In this document: positions 23,552 through 35,939 of the stretch, one piece after another
Layout: each line of letters begins with the position of its first letter
Numbering within the stretch: position 1 is the stretch's first letter
DNA from: Oikopleura dioica
Lineage: Eukaryota; Animalia; Chordata
Assembly: GCA_907165135.1 (NCBI GenBank)
Contig: OU015566.1
Location: forward strand, 8,308,001-8,372,000
Direction: 5' to 3'
DNA: 64,000 nt
Translations under genes and position numbers: made by a program
The notes under the pieces: model-generated
Seen by the model: only the letters and a program-made list of their open reading frames with translations
The model's database searches: none
What the model was told of the DNA's origin: nothing

Positions 23552-23897
23552 GGTGACTAACTGCTTGCTTCAGAAGTTTGGAAGTAAAAAATATTTAGTA
23601 AAAAATATGGCAAAAAACTAGTATAGAATGTGACAATTTGGATGCATATTTTGGGGCACTATTTAAAACCCTGTTCCATAATTTATCGTCAAAGACTCTA
23701 AGATAACACCATCAGAGCGCTCGATTATGACTTTTTAGCAACAGCAATATAATAATTGTTTTGAAAATTAGCTTGTTAAAAAGGGCGACACCAGGAGGAA
23801 TCCCTTCAAGCGTAAAACATTCAAAGAAAACATCGAATCTTTTCTCAACACAAACGACTTTTTGAGATTTCAAAAATAAGAACTAAAATAAAGATCA

Positions 23898-24473
23898 TGC
23901 CCGAGTCAAGAACTCTTCAATCGAAAGAAATTCTCAAGGTTCGAAAAGTTACGTTTACTAAAGCTGAAGAATCATTAAAAATATTAATAAGAACTACAAA
24001 ACTCTATTTCAGAAACTGCGGCTGGAGGTGATCAAATTCGTAAGCGTTTGTCTATCTTTGATCTTTTCAATTTCCGTTCTTTCCTACGGAGTCATTCAAA
24101 GGTAAGCTTCATCTGAATCGTACCACTGATAGTTTTTTTCAGTAAAAATTCGGCTCATTACGGAACGAGCATGTCAAATGGTCGGATCGGTGACGGCACA
24201 TTTAGAGTACTACCAGAAGATGCTCCGAAGGTAAATTTACCCACAATAACTTCCAATCAAAAATATTTTCTTTTTCAGAAAAGCGCCCAAGATTTTCAAA
24301 TAGAATTACCGGGCGTTTTCAGAAACGAAGAAGCCCTGCAAAAATATGTACTTGGCTTTGTCGCTGACTTATCTGACCCAGATAAGATCGAGGAAGAATA
24401 CGAAGAGTGGAAGGAAAAGTATGACAAAGGCAAGATCGGGATAGACGACAAGAAGACAATCTCTTTGCAATAA
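23898..24473 (+). CDS. Small orphan protein, multi-exon
   Basis: ATG at 23898, GT-AG micro-exons, last exon ..EEEYEEWKEKYDKGK..SLQ*, AATAAA downstream. Confidence 0.4.
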
Positions 24474-24686
24474 CTCTGAAATAACACCATTTTCATGCCA
24501 TATCTCTTTATTCCCAATAAATAAATATCTCCGCCTTATTCAATAAGGCCAATAAATCCATAAGAGACATTAAGCAAATTCTTCTCAATTTCTTTGTGAG
24601 GGTGCCAAAGAAAAATTATGCAAATCTTAATCATGCTCCTCAGAAATTCTGCAGCAGAATAATCAATTTTATGATCTTGATAAAAG

Positions 24687-26481
24687 CTAGGCGACTTTGG
24701 TATTGCGAGAGAACTTGACTACACTAATCAGAAGGCTGATACGCAGACAGGAACAAGAAAAAATTTTTCACCGGAACTGTACAAAGGGAAAGAATACTCT
24801 TACGATGCAGATATTTGGGCTTTTGGATGCACAATGTATGAAAGCTTGTTTCTGAGTCATCCATTTTCCCCAAATGGTAATGAGAGCTTGAACACCATCG
24901 AGAACAATGTAAGTTTGTCTTGACGGAAAATCTTTTAGATTATTTCTTAGGTCATGTCGAAAACCTATTCAAAAGCATGGTCGAATCCCTATGTTGGAGA
25001 AATAATCGAAGGCTGTTTCAGTGATCAAGCTGAGCGGCCAAAAATGAGGGAAATTCTTAAAAAACCGCTCTTCAAAGGTGTATCTCAAAAATTGGAAGAT
25101 GGGTGCTTGCCTATTGGTATTTTGGAAGGAGACGATCGAAAACGGGCAGCACAAGCAGAATCAGAAGAATCAGAAGATGAGAACGAATACGATGAACGAT
25201 TGAATGGATTAAAAGTTCCTGACTTTCAAATAGAAAAATATCTAGGAAAAGGAGCAGGCTACGGCCCGACTCTACTCGTATCGAAAGGTACTTTTTAAAA
25301 AGAAAATTAAATAAAAAACCATTTTCATTAGACAAGTCAAAATACATAGCAAAATCGGTTCCTTGGTCCAATGCTCAAGATCTCCAGAATGCTTACAAAA
25401 AAATTGAAGCCTTAAGATCTTTGAGATCTGATTTTGTGGTCAAGTACTCGGATTATATACCGAAAGATCAATGGCAAGACTCCCTTTAGTTTTCAATGCT
25501 TGATAAATTATTAGGAAAGCGCACGTCATCATGGAATACTGTGACGGAGGGAGCTTGAAAAGAAGGATTGAATCCCAACAAAAACTCGACAAACCCTTCG
25601 ATGAAAAGTTGGTCTCAATTTGGATGGCTCAAGTGGCCATGGCACTGAAACGCTGCCATAAAACAGTTGACAACAAACGAATTTTACATCGAGATGTCAT
25701 GCCTAAGAACATTTTTCTCATGGCGGACGGCATTACTTGCAAGCCAAGGGTCAATATTTGAATGTGTGTACATAATTAAACTTCTGGTCTAGAGGGGTTC
25801 TTCAAAGATCAATCAAGACTCTGATTGATCCTTAACCAAAGCTTGGCGGATTCGGAATCGCTAAAATTCTCACCGCAAGCAATCCAGTTGCAAACACTGA
25901 GTTCGAAGATACATGCATTAAACCTCCAGAATGCATGCTCGGGCAGCCTTATTCCGATACCACCGACGTGTGGGGCTTTGGTTGCACTCTCTTTGAGTGC
26001 AAATTCTTGGAACACCCCTTTTCAAAAGAAGGAAAATCCAATAACAAAGTCATTGACGATGTAAGTTTTTTTCGAAAATAGAAATAATAAGTTGAGCATT
26101 CAGATTATGGGGGTAAAATACGCGAAGAAAAGCTGCGATTTTGGAAAATTAGTCGACGAATGCCTGAGAATGAATCCAGCAAAGCGACCCAAAATTGATC
26201 AAGTCTTAGAAAACACAGTTTTTAATCAAGTAACACGGCGACTTGAAGATGGACTCGCTCCGACAGAAATTATGAATCGGCTTGAAAAGAAAAGGAACCC
26301 AAAAGAAGAGGAAATATCAGATAAACTCAAAAAATTCTTAGAAACAAAAATTTTTCATCAATCTGAAGGCAGCAGAATCGATAAATTGACTGAAGAACTT
26401 CGTCAGCATTTACAAAAACTTAAAGGAACAGTTCAAAAGATCTTGTCTACCAAAAAACTAAGCTTTTCTGAACTGAAATAA
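24687..26481 (+). CDS. NEK-like kinase C-lobe fused in frame to a second, degenerate NEK-like (pseudo)kinase domain; may be a pseudogene
   Basis: LGDFGIARE..SPE..DIWAFGC..RPKMREIL, then in the same ORF LGKGAGYG..YIAK..MEYCDGG..HRDVMPKN..LGGFG..DVWGFGC..RPKIDQVL. Confidence 0.75.
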
Positions 26482-26496
26482 GAGGAGCAAAGATTT

Positions 26497-26990
26497 ATGG
26501 AATATTTTTGCAGCGAATTTAACCGAGAAAAAGATTTCATTGATCAGAATATCCAAAGACTTACGACAGTTGAAGATGAAACAGTTATGAACTTAGGAAA
26601 TGGTTTCATTGATGGGTAGATCGATAGAAGATACATATAAATATATTTATAAAAAAATCGCAAGAGTACCAAAAAATAGACTTTGAACAAAATCAATCTC
26701 ACTTCCTCCAAAACCTCAGCATCATCGACACAGAACGAATAATGGGTTTTGTTGGCCGACGACAACAACTTAGTGCAACATTTGAGTTGAAGAACATTGT
26801 CGCTCAAGAATACATTTTGTTCAACGCTCGTGGTGCCCAAATGCAGGGAGATGAAATTAAAATCACGACCATAATCGACGAGCTCGCCCTAACTGATAAA
26901 CAAGTGGCCGACAAATTCAGGAAGCAACTGTTTTCTTCGAATAATAACGCCTCTCTTTACGAAAATACCGTAATTCCGAGTTATGAATGA
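26497..26990 (+). CDS. Small orphan, two exons
   Basis: ATG 16 nt after the kinase stop, behind an AG; one GT-AG intron; ORF 26742-26990. Confidence 0.35.
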
Positions 26991-27216
26991 CGATCAAGAA
27001 GATATGTTTACTGTAACAAGTCCTGAGAAAAAAAAAATTCCTGACAAAAATTGAATAAACCGAGCTTATTTTTTAATAAGTGAACCTTTTGTTTGTATTA
27101 GTAACACATCAGAAAATTGCTTGTATATCAGTGAGATTCTTGAAATGGACTGCGAGATAAATACAGTTTAAAGTCAGAAAAAGAGAGTGGTAGAAGTGGT
27201 TAATCATAAAATAACG

Positions 27217-30079
27217 CTAAACAGTGGCTTCGCCAAGGATAGGGCCTTCCACGAAGAGATTCTTGCGTGGCCGGAGATCTCGCTCGTCACTGACCGATAA
27301 ATCAGTCGTCTTCTGTGAAGAATCTTGATCTAGACTTTTGACTGTTCGTTTGTGTTGCTCGGGACTGCCTTTCTGAAGAAAAGTGTCAGTTGATAAATTT
27401 CTATAGTAGGAAAACAGACACCGCGATGAGTTTATCCAAAAACTTATTCAAAAATTTTTGGTAAAAATTAGTCGACCATGAAAATTTTCAAGCAAAGAGG
27501 CTGGAAAATCCAGAACCTGATGCTTTTTTTGTTGACTTTACCCTTCAGATTCAGATGTTCGAGATCGTCGTCTCGTATCATTGGCCATCGTCCCCTTTAG
27601 AAACATTTAAAACCCATGAATAATATGAAGTCACATACACATGCATAAAATAAAATTTTGATACTTTGTTTTATGAATGTGCTATGGATACATAAAAGAC
27701 ACACAGTTCAACACAATTCAAAATCTCAGCATACCGTTTGTTTTCCAACTTGAACCAAGGCACTTCCCAAAGTGAGCGACATCGTTTCCCGATCAACGCC
27801 GCCAGCGATAAGTTTTTTGTGGAGATCTTCTTGAGGTAGTACGATTCGGAGGCAGACATTCTTCCTCTTGCATTGTTGCGCCGCTGTGTGCAGGGCATCT
27901 ACGGCACCGAGATCCAAATGGGAGATCTTTGAAAGGTCGCAAACAATCCATTTGTATCCGCCTGAACAAAAAGTTTCTAAATATGAAATGATGTCTCACT
28001 AACCATAAGTAGCCGCAGCGATGAGCGTATCTTCCAAATACTCAGCGCCAGGAAAATCGAAGCCTCTGTCTAATTTGATGATGCAACCTTTTCCACCATC
28101 AACATTGTCTTTTTCCAACTTAGGCCTAGCATGAGGGTACAAGACGATAGCAATAGAAACCATCAAGCCAGCCGCGATTCCGATGGCGATCTCGTAGAAA
28201 CAAACACCAAAGGTGACAAAGAGAGGAATAAGATCCATTTTATTCACGTGGTACGCGTGCTTGATTCCGTCGGTGTCGAACATACTGATTGCGGATAACA
28301 TAATGACCGAGGCAAGAGCGGCTGAGGGAACGTATTTGAAAATTGGAGTGAGGTATTGGGTCGCAATGAGAACAACAACGCCGGTTATGATTCCACCAGC
28401 TGGTGTTTGAACACCCGAAGCAGCGTTGACAGCAGTTCGTGAAAAGGAACCTGTTAAAAAGTCAAGATCAGTTTACGAGAACACATCGTGTTTGGAGATC
28501 GTTTGACTCTTTCCTGTTATCGGATAGCTATGGAAGAAACTAGCAATGACTGACGCGACTCCGATCGCGTAGAGTTCTTGTCCAGGGTCGACTTTGTAAT
28601 TATTTTTCCGAGCAAAAGCCTTGGCAATGGCGATCGATTCGACGTAGCCCATGATGGCGACAATGAAGATGCCAGATATGAGTTTTCCAATCATCATTGA
28701 TGCAGGAACGTGCATTAAAACGCAACCTATTTTAGGATCAATAAAAAGATTCAGAAAATGAATTTATAAAAGACTCAAATAATCCACTTTCCTTCTACAT
28801 CTGGACCACATCTTTGGTATTCCTCTTCTTCATGGGTTTCATTGCCAGTGCGCGAATCGATTGCTGCGGGATCGTTTGTTGCCTCTTCTCGCTTTCTTCG
28901 ATGATGAGCAGTTTCGGGGACCGTTTCAAGAGCAATTTTGACATCTTCGGGGACCCAATAATCGCCTGAAAATTCCGGCATCATTGGTTTAGGCAACCCG
29001 GGCACGAGCTCTCCAGTGAGCGTAAATGGCTTGTGCGTGACGTTCGGATCAAGTCCGGCACCAATGCCAAGTGCAATGCCAATGATGACGGCATTACGCG
29101 CCGTGCACAAAAACCAAAGCCCTTTTCGCAAAGCTGCCTTTGTCTTGGAATCAGATTCGACCGGATTGGTGTATTTTCGCTTCGTCAGTTCAAGGGTCTT
29201 GAGGACGACCATGCACGCGAGGCCAATGACGAGATCTTGCCATTTTGTATGCTTCAAGTTTCTTTTGATAGGTTGTTAAAAGTAACTCTTAATTTGTAGA
29301 GTAAAATCAGAATGCTTTTGAACCCTTCCTTGGAACATCAATAATAGCCTCATAAAAGTGCCGTCGAATATTCTTGAGTCCTAATAGCTTTTTCATTTGG
29401 GAGAAAGCGATAATGATGGATGCGGCGCAGGTGAAGCCGCAAATTACAGCATGGGAGACGTAGTTAACCAAGAAGCCGAGCTTGAATATACCCATCGCCA
29501 GAACAATGAAGCCGGAAAAGAACTAAATCGTTTTGACATCCCTTTTATCAACGATTCATCTTACTGTCAAAAGGATGGCTGCACGAGGATCGGTTGTATT
29601 TACAGGATCATCGTACCACTCAACGGCTCCATAAGACCTAGAGGATTAATGAAAGGGACTAAAATAAGCACTCACCCAACAATAAGCGACATAATAGCAG
29701 TGGGTCCCAGGGTGATATCCTTCGAAGTTCCCATCACGCAATAAATAAAACAACCAATGAAACTAGCATACAATCCATATTGAACAGGCAATCCGGCTAA
29801 ATTCGCGTACGCTAAGGATTGAGGAATGACAGTAAGTGCAACGGTGAGACCAGCTGTAACATCTCCGACAGCTTTATCCTTCGAATAGTCGCCAATCCAG
29901 TTTGTGATCGGAAAGAACGATTTCAATGTGTTCAGACTTTTTTGCGATCGAGACTTTTTTCGGGAAGACTCGTCGGTTGGAATTAATTGCCTTTCTTTTG
30001 AATTAAAAATTTATCAAGAAGAATACCTGTATTCAAGGTCTCTATATCGCTCGGGCTCCGAATCTCTTAGTTTTAGCAT
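27217..30079 (-). CDS. SLC26A11: SLC26 sulfate/anion transporter, SLC26A11-like
   Basis: DVTAGLTVALTVIPQSLAYA..GLPVQYGLY..GTSKDITLGPTA, LGFLVNYVSHAVICGFT, ESIAIAKAF, QEL, GSFSRTAVN..SG, and STAS domain (FPGAEYL). Confidence 0.95.
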
Positions 30080-32720
30080 TTTCATGTTATTAAATTACAA
30101 ATTGCAAGCTTAAAATCATCTTGAAACAAAAGGCGTTATATCCCGTCTTTCTCCGTTTATTCTAATTGGCTCCCTTTTTCGAGAACGGGCCAATAAGATG
30201 TGTTTCTCATCCTTGATATCAAGGAAGACGCCCGCAGGAAATAACCCTGCCCGAGGCGTGAGCGCTGTCTGAAAAGTCAAGGCCGCATCCTACATGCTTC
30301 TGTGGCTTTTTGCTTCGCCCATCCAGCGATTCCGGGTGATCTTCCTTTTAGATTACTGTAACAGTTCAACGAAAATTAGTGAATTAATATGTGAAAACCA
30401 TCTTCATTTCATATGCGAAAATAGTGCTCATTGAAAAATATAATTAAGTCCGGTAATTATTGTTTCACTTTCTTTGTTTAAAAATTCTTGCTGAACTGTT
30501 CCTGTCAAAGAAATTTTCGCGGATAGTTTCCGTCATGCGGCACGGTAGTCGGCGTTATTCTCTTAACTATCAGTTAAAAATCCTGTCAATCAGAAGTTCT
30601 GATTATCAGAACTTCAGAAGGATGGCCCTTCTTGTTAATTTTTCAGCTTTGAAATAATACTGAGGAATCTGGCTTGACACGCTTTCTTTTATGCTCCGAG
30701 TTTTTATGAGCGAAACTTTAACACCGCTCATGAGAATCTCATAAGAATAATTCGGACAAAAGCATCTGTAAAAAAACTAGATCGCTGTAAACTTTACACA
30801 CTGTAAAAGGCGAACTTTTCTTCCCACACAGTCTGCGAAAGAAACAGTAACTTTTCTAGCTCCAAATGAATCCCTAATCCAATTTCACTGTCGCTTCTTA
30901 TACAAAACCTCCCAAGCGCAATGTTTCCCACAAGCGCTGGTCAGAAATGCCACTGCCCTTTTTACCCGCGCATTGCATCAAATTGAAGAGAGAGAATCGC
31001 GGTTGGATTAAATTTTAAAAGGTTACCCGTAAACCATTTATGCTGAACAAGAGAGTGAAATTCCTCAGAACCTTTCTTGGATCGCGCGGAATGTTCCCGC
31101 GGGGCAGAGTCTTGTTTTTATCGACTTGTTCTTTTATCACGAAACAATCTTTACTGTCCGTTTTTCTTGGGCTAGGCAAGTACTTTGCTGATATCTGATG
31201 ATCTTATCGCTTCCACTATCTACTGTGCTCAATGAAAACTAATCCACAACCGTAAAAACTAGGTTACAGCCATGTTTTTATTACATAACATCCACTTGAA
31301 CATCGAAATGAACATCGAAAGCCTAGAGCAGTGTGCAACTAGAACGCATCACACAGATCGTAACTCTCCCTCAAACACGCACGGGTCTGAACAACACTCA
31401 CGTGATGAGAGAACAAGAATCTAGCAGCGCACATTCTATGGCTAGTAAAAATGGAATGTTGTGCTGGATATCTTCCATCAACACTATTTTAGAGCTCATT
31501 TTTCGATGATATTTTTATAAAAATAATTGATCTTAAACGACCTCACATGATCTGGGTTAGTCTAAAGGTTACACTTGATATTATTTATAAAAGTATATTT
31601 TCTTTTTTATTAATAAATCTTGATGTTGATTAAATAACGTTACAAAGGTTCTACATTTCATCATTTTTTAAGAATTATTTTAGATAAATAAAGGTATGAT
31701 AGCTCTACAGAAATCGACTTATTCTGAAGGAAACAAACTTTTACGATAATTTTCTGCCCCGGCGCGCTTATTGTGAAAATAGTCTTAGCCGGTAATTTCA
31801 TGAGTTCAACTTACCCGAAATTATTTGTGTGATACTCTTCTCTATTTCGTTCAGTATCTCTCTCGACGGTACTTAGCCCGTAAGTGCCGGTTTAATACTC
31901 TAAGTAGAAAACAGCGCCTGCGTGAAAATTATGTGGCCGATGTCTTTCAAGTTTCGCGCGGCGGTGGAGTCAACACCAGCGGCGCCGCTCTTACGTAACT
32001 CGTTATCTGGTGCAACTGGCCATCCTAGGTGCTTCTTCATGCATTTTAAAGAAGTTCAATAAAAACGAAGCGGATCTACAAGGAATCTGCTTTCCATCAG
32101 AAGAATACAACTACGATCAATAATGAATTAATTTACAATTAAACAGTTTAAATTAAGTTTAATTTAAACTTTTAATCCTAAAAACTGAAATTCTTATTCG
32201 CTATATTTTTAAATTTGGGACTTTGAAATTGATATTTTCGAATATATTATATATATCAGTATAAGAGTCGTTAAATTTGCAAATTTTCATCATAAAAAAA
32301 CTTACTTGGAAATCGTTTGGCACCTCCTTAGGCAACTTCTTGCGAATAAAGTACTTTGGATTATGCATTTACCCCAAAACAAGCTCTATTTTTAAGCAGG
32401 TAGAAAGAAACACGAGCCATGCGCAGAATCCAGACGCTTATCTGGAATAATAAAAGTTCGCTTCAGTGAGCTGGAAACTGAACTTTACAAAAATATTCGA
32501 AAAAAAGGGATTTATCCGGGAGTTGACAGGGTAATTTGTCTTTTTACGTGGCGAGTAATCCATCTCTGAGAGGCCCTTCACTTTCGATATTCAGAACAAC
32601 GACAAGAGTTTTATCTTCATTTTGAGGGCTTTATTGAACAAATTCTGCGGCTCCTTGTGCCGCTCGAATTCAGAACATCAGGTGTCAGCTCCTAGTTAAT
32701 CCGATAACGGTGTATTTATT

Positions 32721-33709
32721 TCATTCGATCAGGGAATTATGAAGCGCACATTGATTATTTTGGATTGCAATAGTTTTATTAAAAACAATGTCAGGATTTT
32801 TTTCTACATTTTTAGGAGCTTGATGGGCTGCGAGGCTGTCCGTCATTTCGCACACGAACTTTGCCACCATGCTTTTGCCACGCATTGTCGAAGTCAACTT
32901 GGGAAATTTCACGAATCCCTTTTTCCGGATAATTATATGTCTAATTGAAAGAAAATTTACTATTTCAGGTTTTGCATCCGTTCCGTCATGTTTTCCAGTA
33001 GCTTGGCTTTGGATACTCTGAATTGACTGCTTCGTCAAAAATTTCTCTACATCTTGATCTCCTTTGCGACCTCTTCTAGTGTTTCCTCCATTTATAACAT
33101 CTAAAAGCTCATTACTTTGTTTTCGTTTTACCCTTCTTACCGAGCTGAGCATGAATTTCGGAATTTTTGAAGACAACATATCTTGTTCCGATGATTTTTG
33201 AACCTGCTCCCTATTTTTAAAATTATTTTCAAATAATTCCAACATGATTTACCTGGGCATGAATCGGAAGAGCAAAGTACTGATATGGAAAGCGCTGTAC
33301 TGTGTTCGTAACTTGTTGAGGAGCTGGAGGCTGGTATGTTCGCTGAAAAGTGCCACTAGAATAGCTCGGGTTCCTAACAGTTTGGACGGGCAGGTTGCGA
33401 ACTGTCTCCATAATTTCCTCCATCTGGTCACTGTGCAATTGCTCCATCAATTTGTTCACCATCTCGCGATCGTTGGATTCTCTTCCGAGCTCTTCAATAA
33501 GCATCTTGATTTTGTCGTCACTTTCTTTCAGCATCTTTCCTCTGTTGTTGTAGAAGGCAAGTTCTTGTTCTGTCCTCTGCTTCAGCTCAAGAACCTGTCG
33601 AATTTTATTTCGGCGCTGACTGAAGTCAAGGAATGTTCGTTGATCAGCATGGCTGAGAGATGCGAGATATGGCGAAATTGGGGGGTATTTTTGGTCGAAG
33701 CCTTTTCAT
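32721..33709 (-). CDS. Coiled-coil orphan; 3' end may extend to ~32300
   Basis: ATG 33709 opens MKRLRPKIPPISPY..LELKQRTEQEL..MEQLHSDQMEEI, continued by ORF 32721-33245. Confidence 0.45.
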
Positions 33710-33827
33710 GGTTTATTTTGTTTTTTTTTTTGAAAGAAATAATTACGTCTAATATTTTCATTCATTTTGAACCATTCCCATGGGCATTTTATTGCTGGTT
33801 TGATTTTGAAGTTCAAGAAGAGCTTGC

Positions 33828-35084
33828 CTAAAAACATCCATTTCGCGCTGAGCTTCCGTGAAAACCCTTTGACACAGGTCCCGTTCCGCTTTTAACTGTT
33901 CAAAAACATATTTCATTGTAAAAAACTACTTTTGTTATTAATTATCAGAACAGTTCCTTCAAGTTCTCTCGTTCGATACTTGACCTGTTCGATCATCTGA
34001 TCAATTCTGTCGCTCTCAGATTTGTGGTACTTTTTGTTCTGAAGAAACTTAGACAATTCGCTGAGAATCGCTTCTTGCTTAGGGTTGACCGGAGTAGAGT
34101 CTGCTCGCCTGATGTTGACAGGCTGAATTCCATTCTCAAGATCTCTTGTCACTGGAGCGAATTTAGGATGATTGAGAATATCAGTGATGTCTGCTCTACG
34201 GCTAGGATCCTGTTGTAAGCATCTATCAACGATTTTCCCAATGTCACATGATTTCCGGGGATATTGTCCGCTGAGAATCTATTTGTGTTAAGAAAAAGTA
34301 TTCAACCTGATTGTCTTACATTAATCTGGAGTGTTATCATATTTAAAGGCGTCCCATCAAGGGGAACCATAGGATGATCAAGGAATCTTGCTTCATAAAG
34401 AGCACATCCGAAAGCCCAAATGTCGGCACTCCTCGTGTAGGGCTGCGATTTGCAAAGTTCCGGACAGAAATTAAGCGGGGTTCCAACGATGGTTTGGGTT
34501 AATGCTCGTGTAGAAGCCACAGATTTTGCGACGCCAAAGTCTCCAAGCTTGCATGAAATGCCATCTTTCATGAGAAATATATTCTGAGGTTTGAGATCAC
34601 GGTGGAGGAGATTTCGATTGTGACAATAGCGTAGAGCAAGCCCTACTTGAGCCATCCAAATTACGACTAAGGACTCATCAATTGGCTTCTTTGTCTTTTT
34701 ATGAAGGTCTATTTTCCCTTGTAAATCGCCACCGTCGCAGAACTCCATCACAATATAGCAGCAAATGCTAGAAAAAAAATAAATAAATAATCAAGTTCAA
34801 CGCTTCAATCTAACTTTGGTGTTATGCTGAAATCAGTGTATCTAACGATGAAATTGCAATCAAGGTCTTTGAGAATGTTCGCTTCTTTTCTAGCATCTTC
34901 TTCATCTGAAGGTTGGGCAAAAGCAATCTGTTTCGCGGCAAAAAAGCCTCCATCTAAAAAAATATTTGTCAAATCTCAAGGTTATTCGATTTTTACCAAG
35001 ATTTCTCTGTACCAAGAGCGCAGCCCCAAAGGCACCTTTTCCTAAATATCTCTGAAACGTATATCCAGGAATATTAACAGCCAT
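33828..35084 (-). CDS. NIMA-related (NEK-like) Ser/Thr kinase, catalytically intact
   Basis: LGKGAFG, FAAK, MEFCDGGDL, HRDLKPQN, LGDFG, VGTPLNFCPE, DIWAFGC; C-terminal helix homologous to that of 26092-26481. Confidence 0.93.
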
Positions 35085-35431
35085 TTTCTCTTAATCCTCA
35101 ACAGAACGACGTTTAAGTTGGATGAGAAACGCGTGAAGAGAGGCTTGGCGTGTTGGAGTTAATATTTTCCCTTCGCCTACAAAAATGCAAACATAAAACC
35201 AAATTAACTTAAGTCACAGCCTTACAAAGAATTTTATCCCTGTCCATATCATTCAGGTCAATTGCTTGCTTCAAGTGAATCTTGCCACGAACTTGAAACC
35301 ACAAAACATTCCGAAGACGGTAAGCAAATTTCTTCCCTGTCGTGTGGGCTTATAAATTATTTAAGCTTCGTCGTATATAAAGGAGGAAGAAAAATGATAT
35401 TTTATATCAAAGTATAATTGCAGAAAGAAAA

Positions 35432-35736
35432 ATGAAGATATTATCGTTATTTTTTGCTGCTTCAACTACAGCTGTTCGACTGTATGATTTGAACAACGCG
35501 TACACCAGATGCATGAATAGTGAGTTTTCGAATTAACTCTCAGAAGATAACTGAATTAAGATATTTTTCTTGGTCTGAAAACCGGAAAATACAGCCATCT
35601 TGAATTATCCCCAGAGAGACTCGAAGGCATCTGTGAGCACTACATGATGAGTATCATCGGCGACACGAATGTGAAGCACGACGAGAACGATGGGCATGCT
35701 CAGAGTCTTGGCTTCCTTGCAAACTTTATGAAGTAA
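35432..35736 (+). CDS. 87-aa secreted orphan microprotein (not in ORF track)
   Basis: Two exons (35432-35519, 35561-35736) with a 41-nt GTGAGT..AG intron give an open 264-nt frame; signal peptide MKILSLFFAASTTA; 2 Cys; TATA-like motif ~35375. Confidence 0.65.
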
Positions 35737-35939
35737 ACTAAATACTGTAAACATATTTTGCGTTTTTATTTCTTTATACATGCCATTCGTATTATACCTG
35801 TATGTTTTTCTAATAAAATATCAATCAATTAATTTTACACGAGTTTCTACGTCAACCGATTGGATACGTGGCTTAAATCCGGAACCTATTCAAGTGTTGC
35901 TTTTCGCCGCGCTCTTGAGATTTTCCTCAAAAGAGAGCG

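Noticed and set aside
24559-24574. CATAAGAGACATTAAG as a frameshifted HRDIK relic of the missing kinase half
   Set aside because: Needs a 1-nt deletion and is surrounded by stops and poly(A) signals; too weak without an alignment.
31867-31889. Small hairpin followed by CTAA, resembling a Helitron 3' end
   Set aside because: No following T, no 5' TC partner and no second copy.
33244-33831. 195-aa + strand ORF (similarly 42338-42868)
   Set aside because: Antisense shadow of better-supported - strand coding exons.
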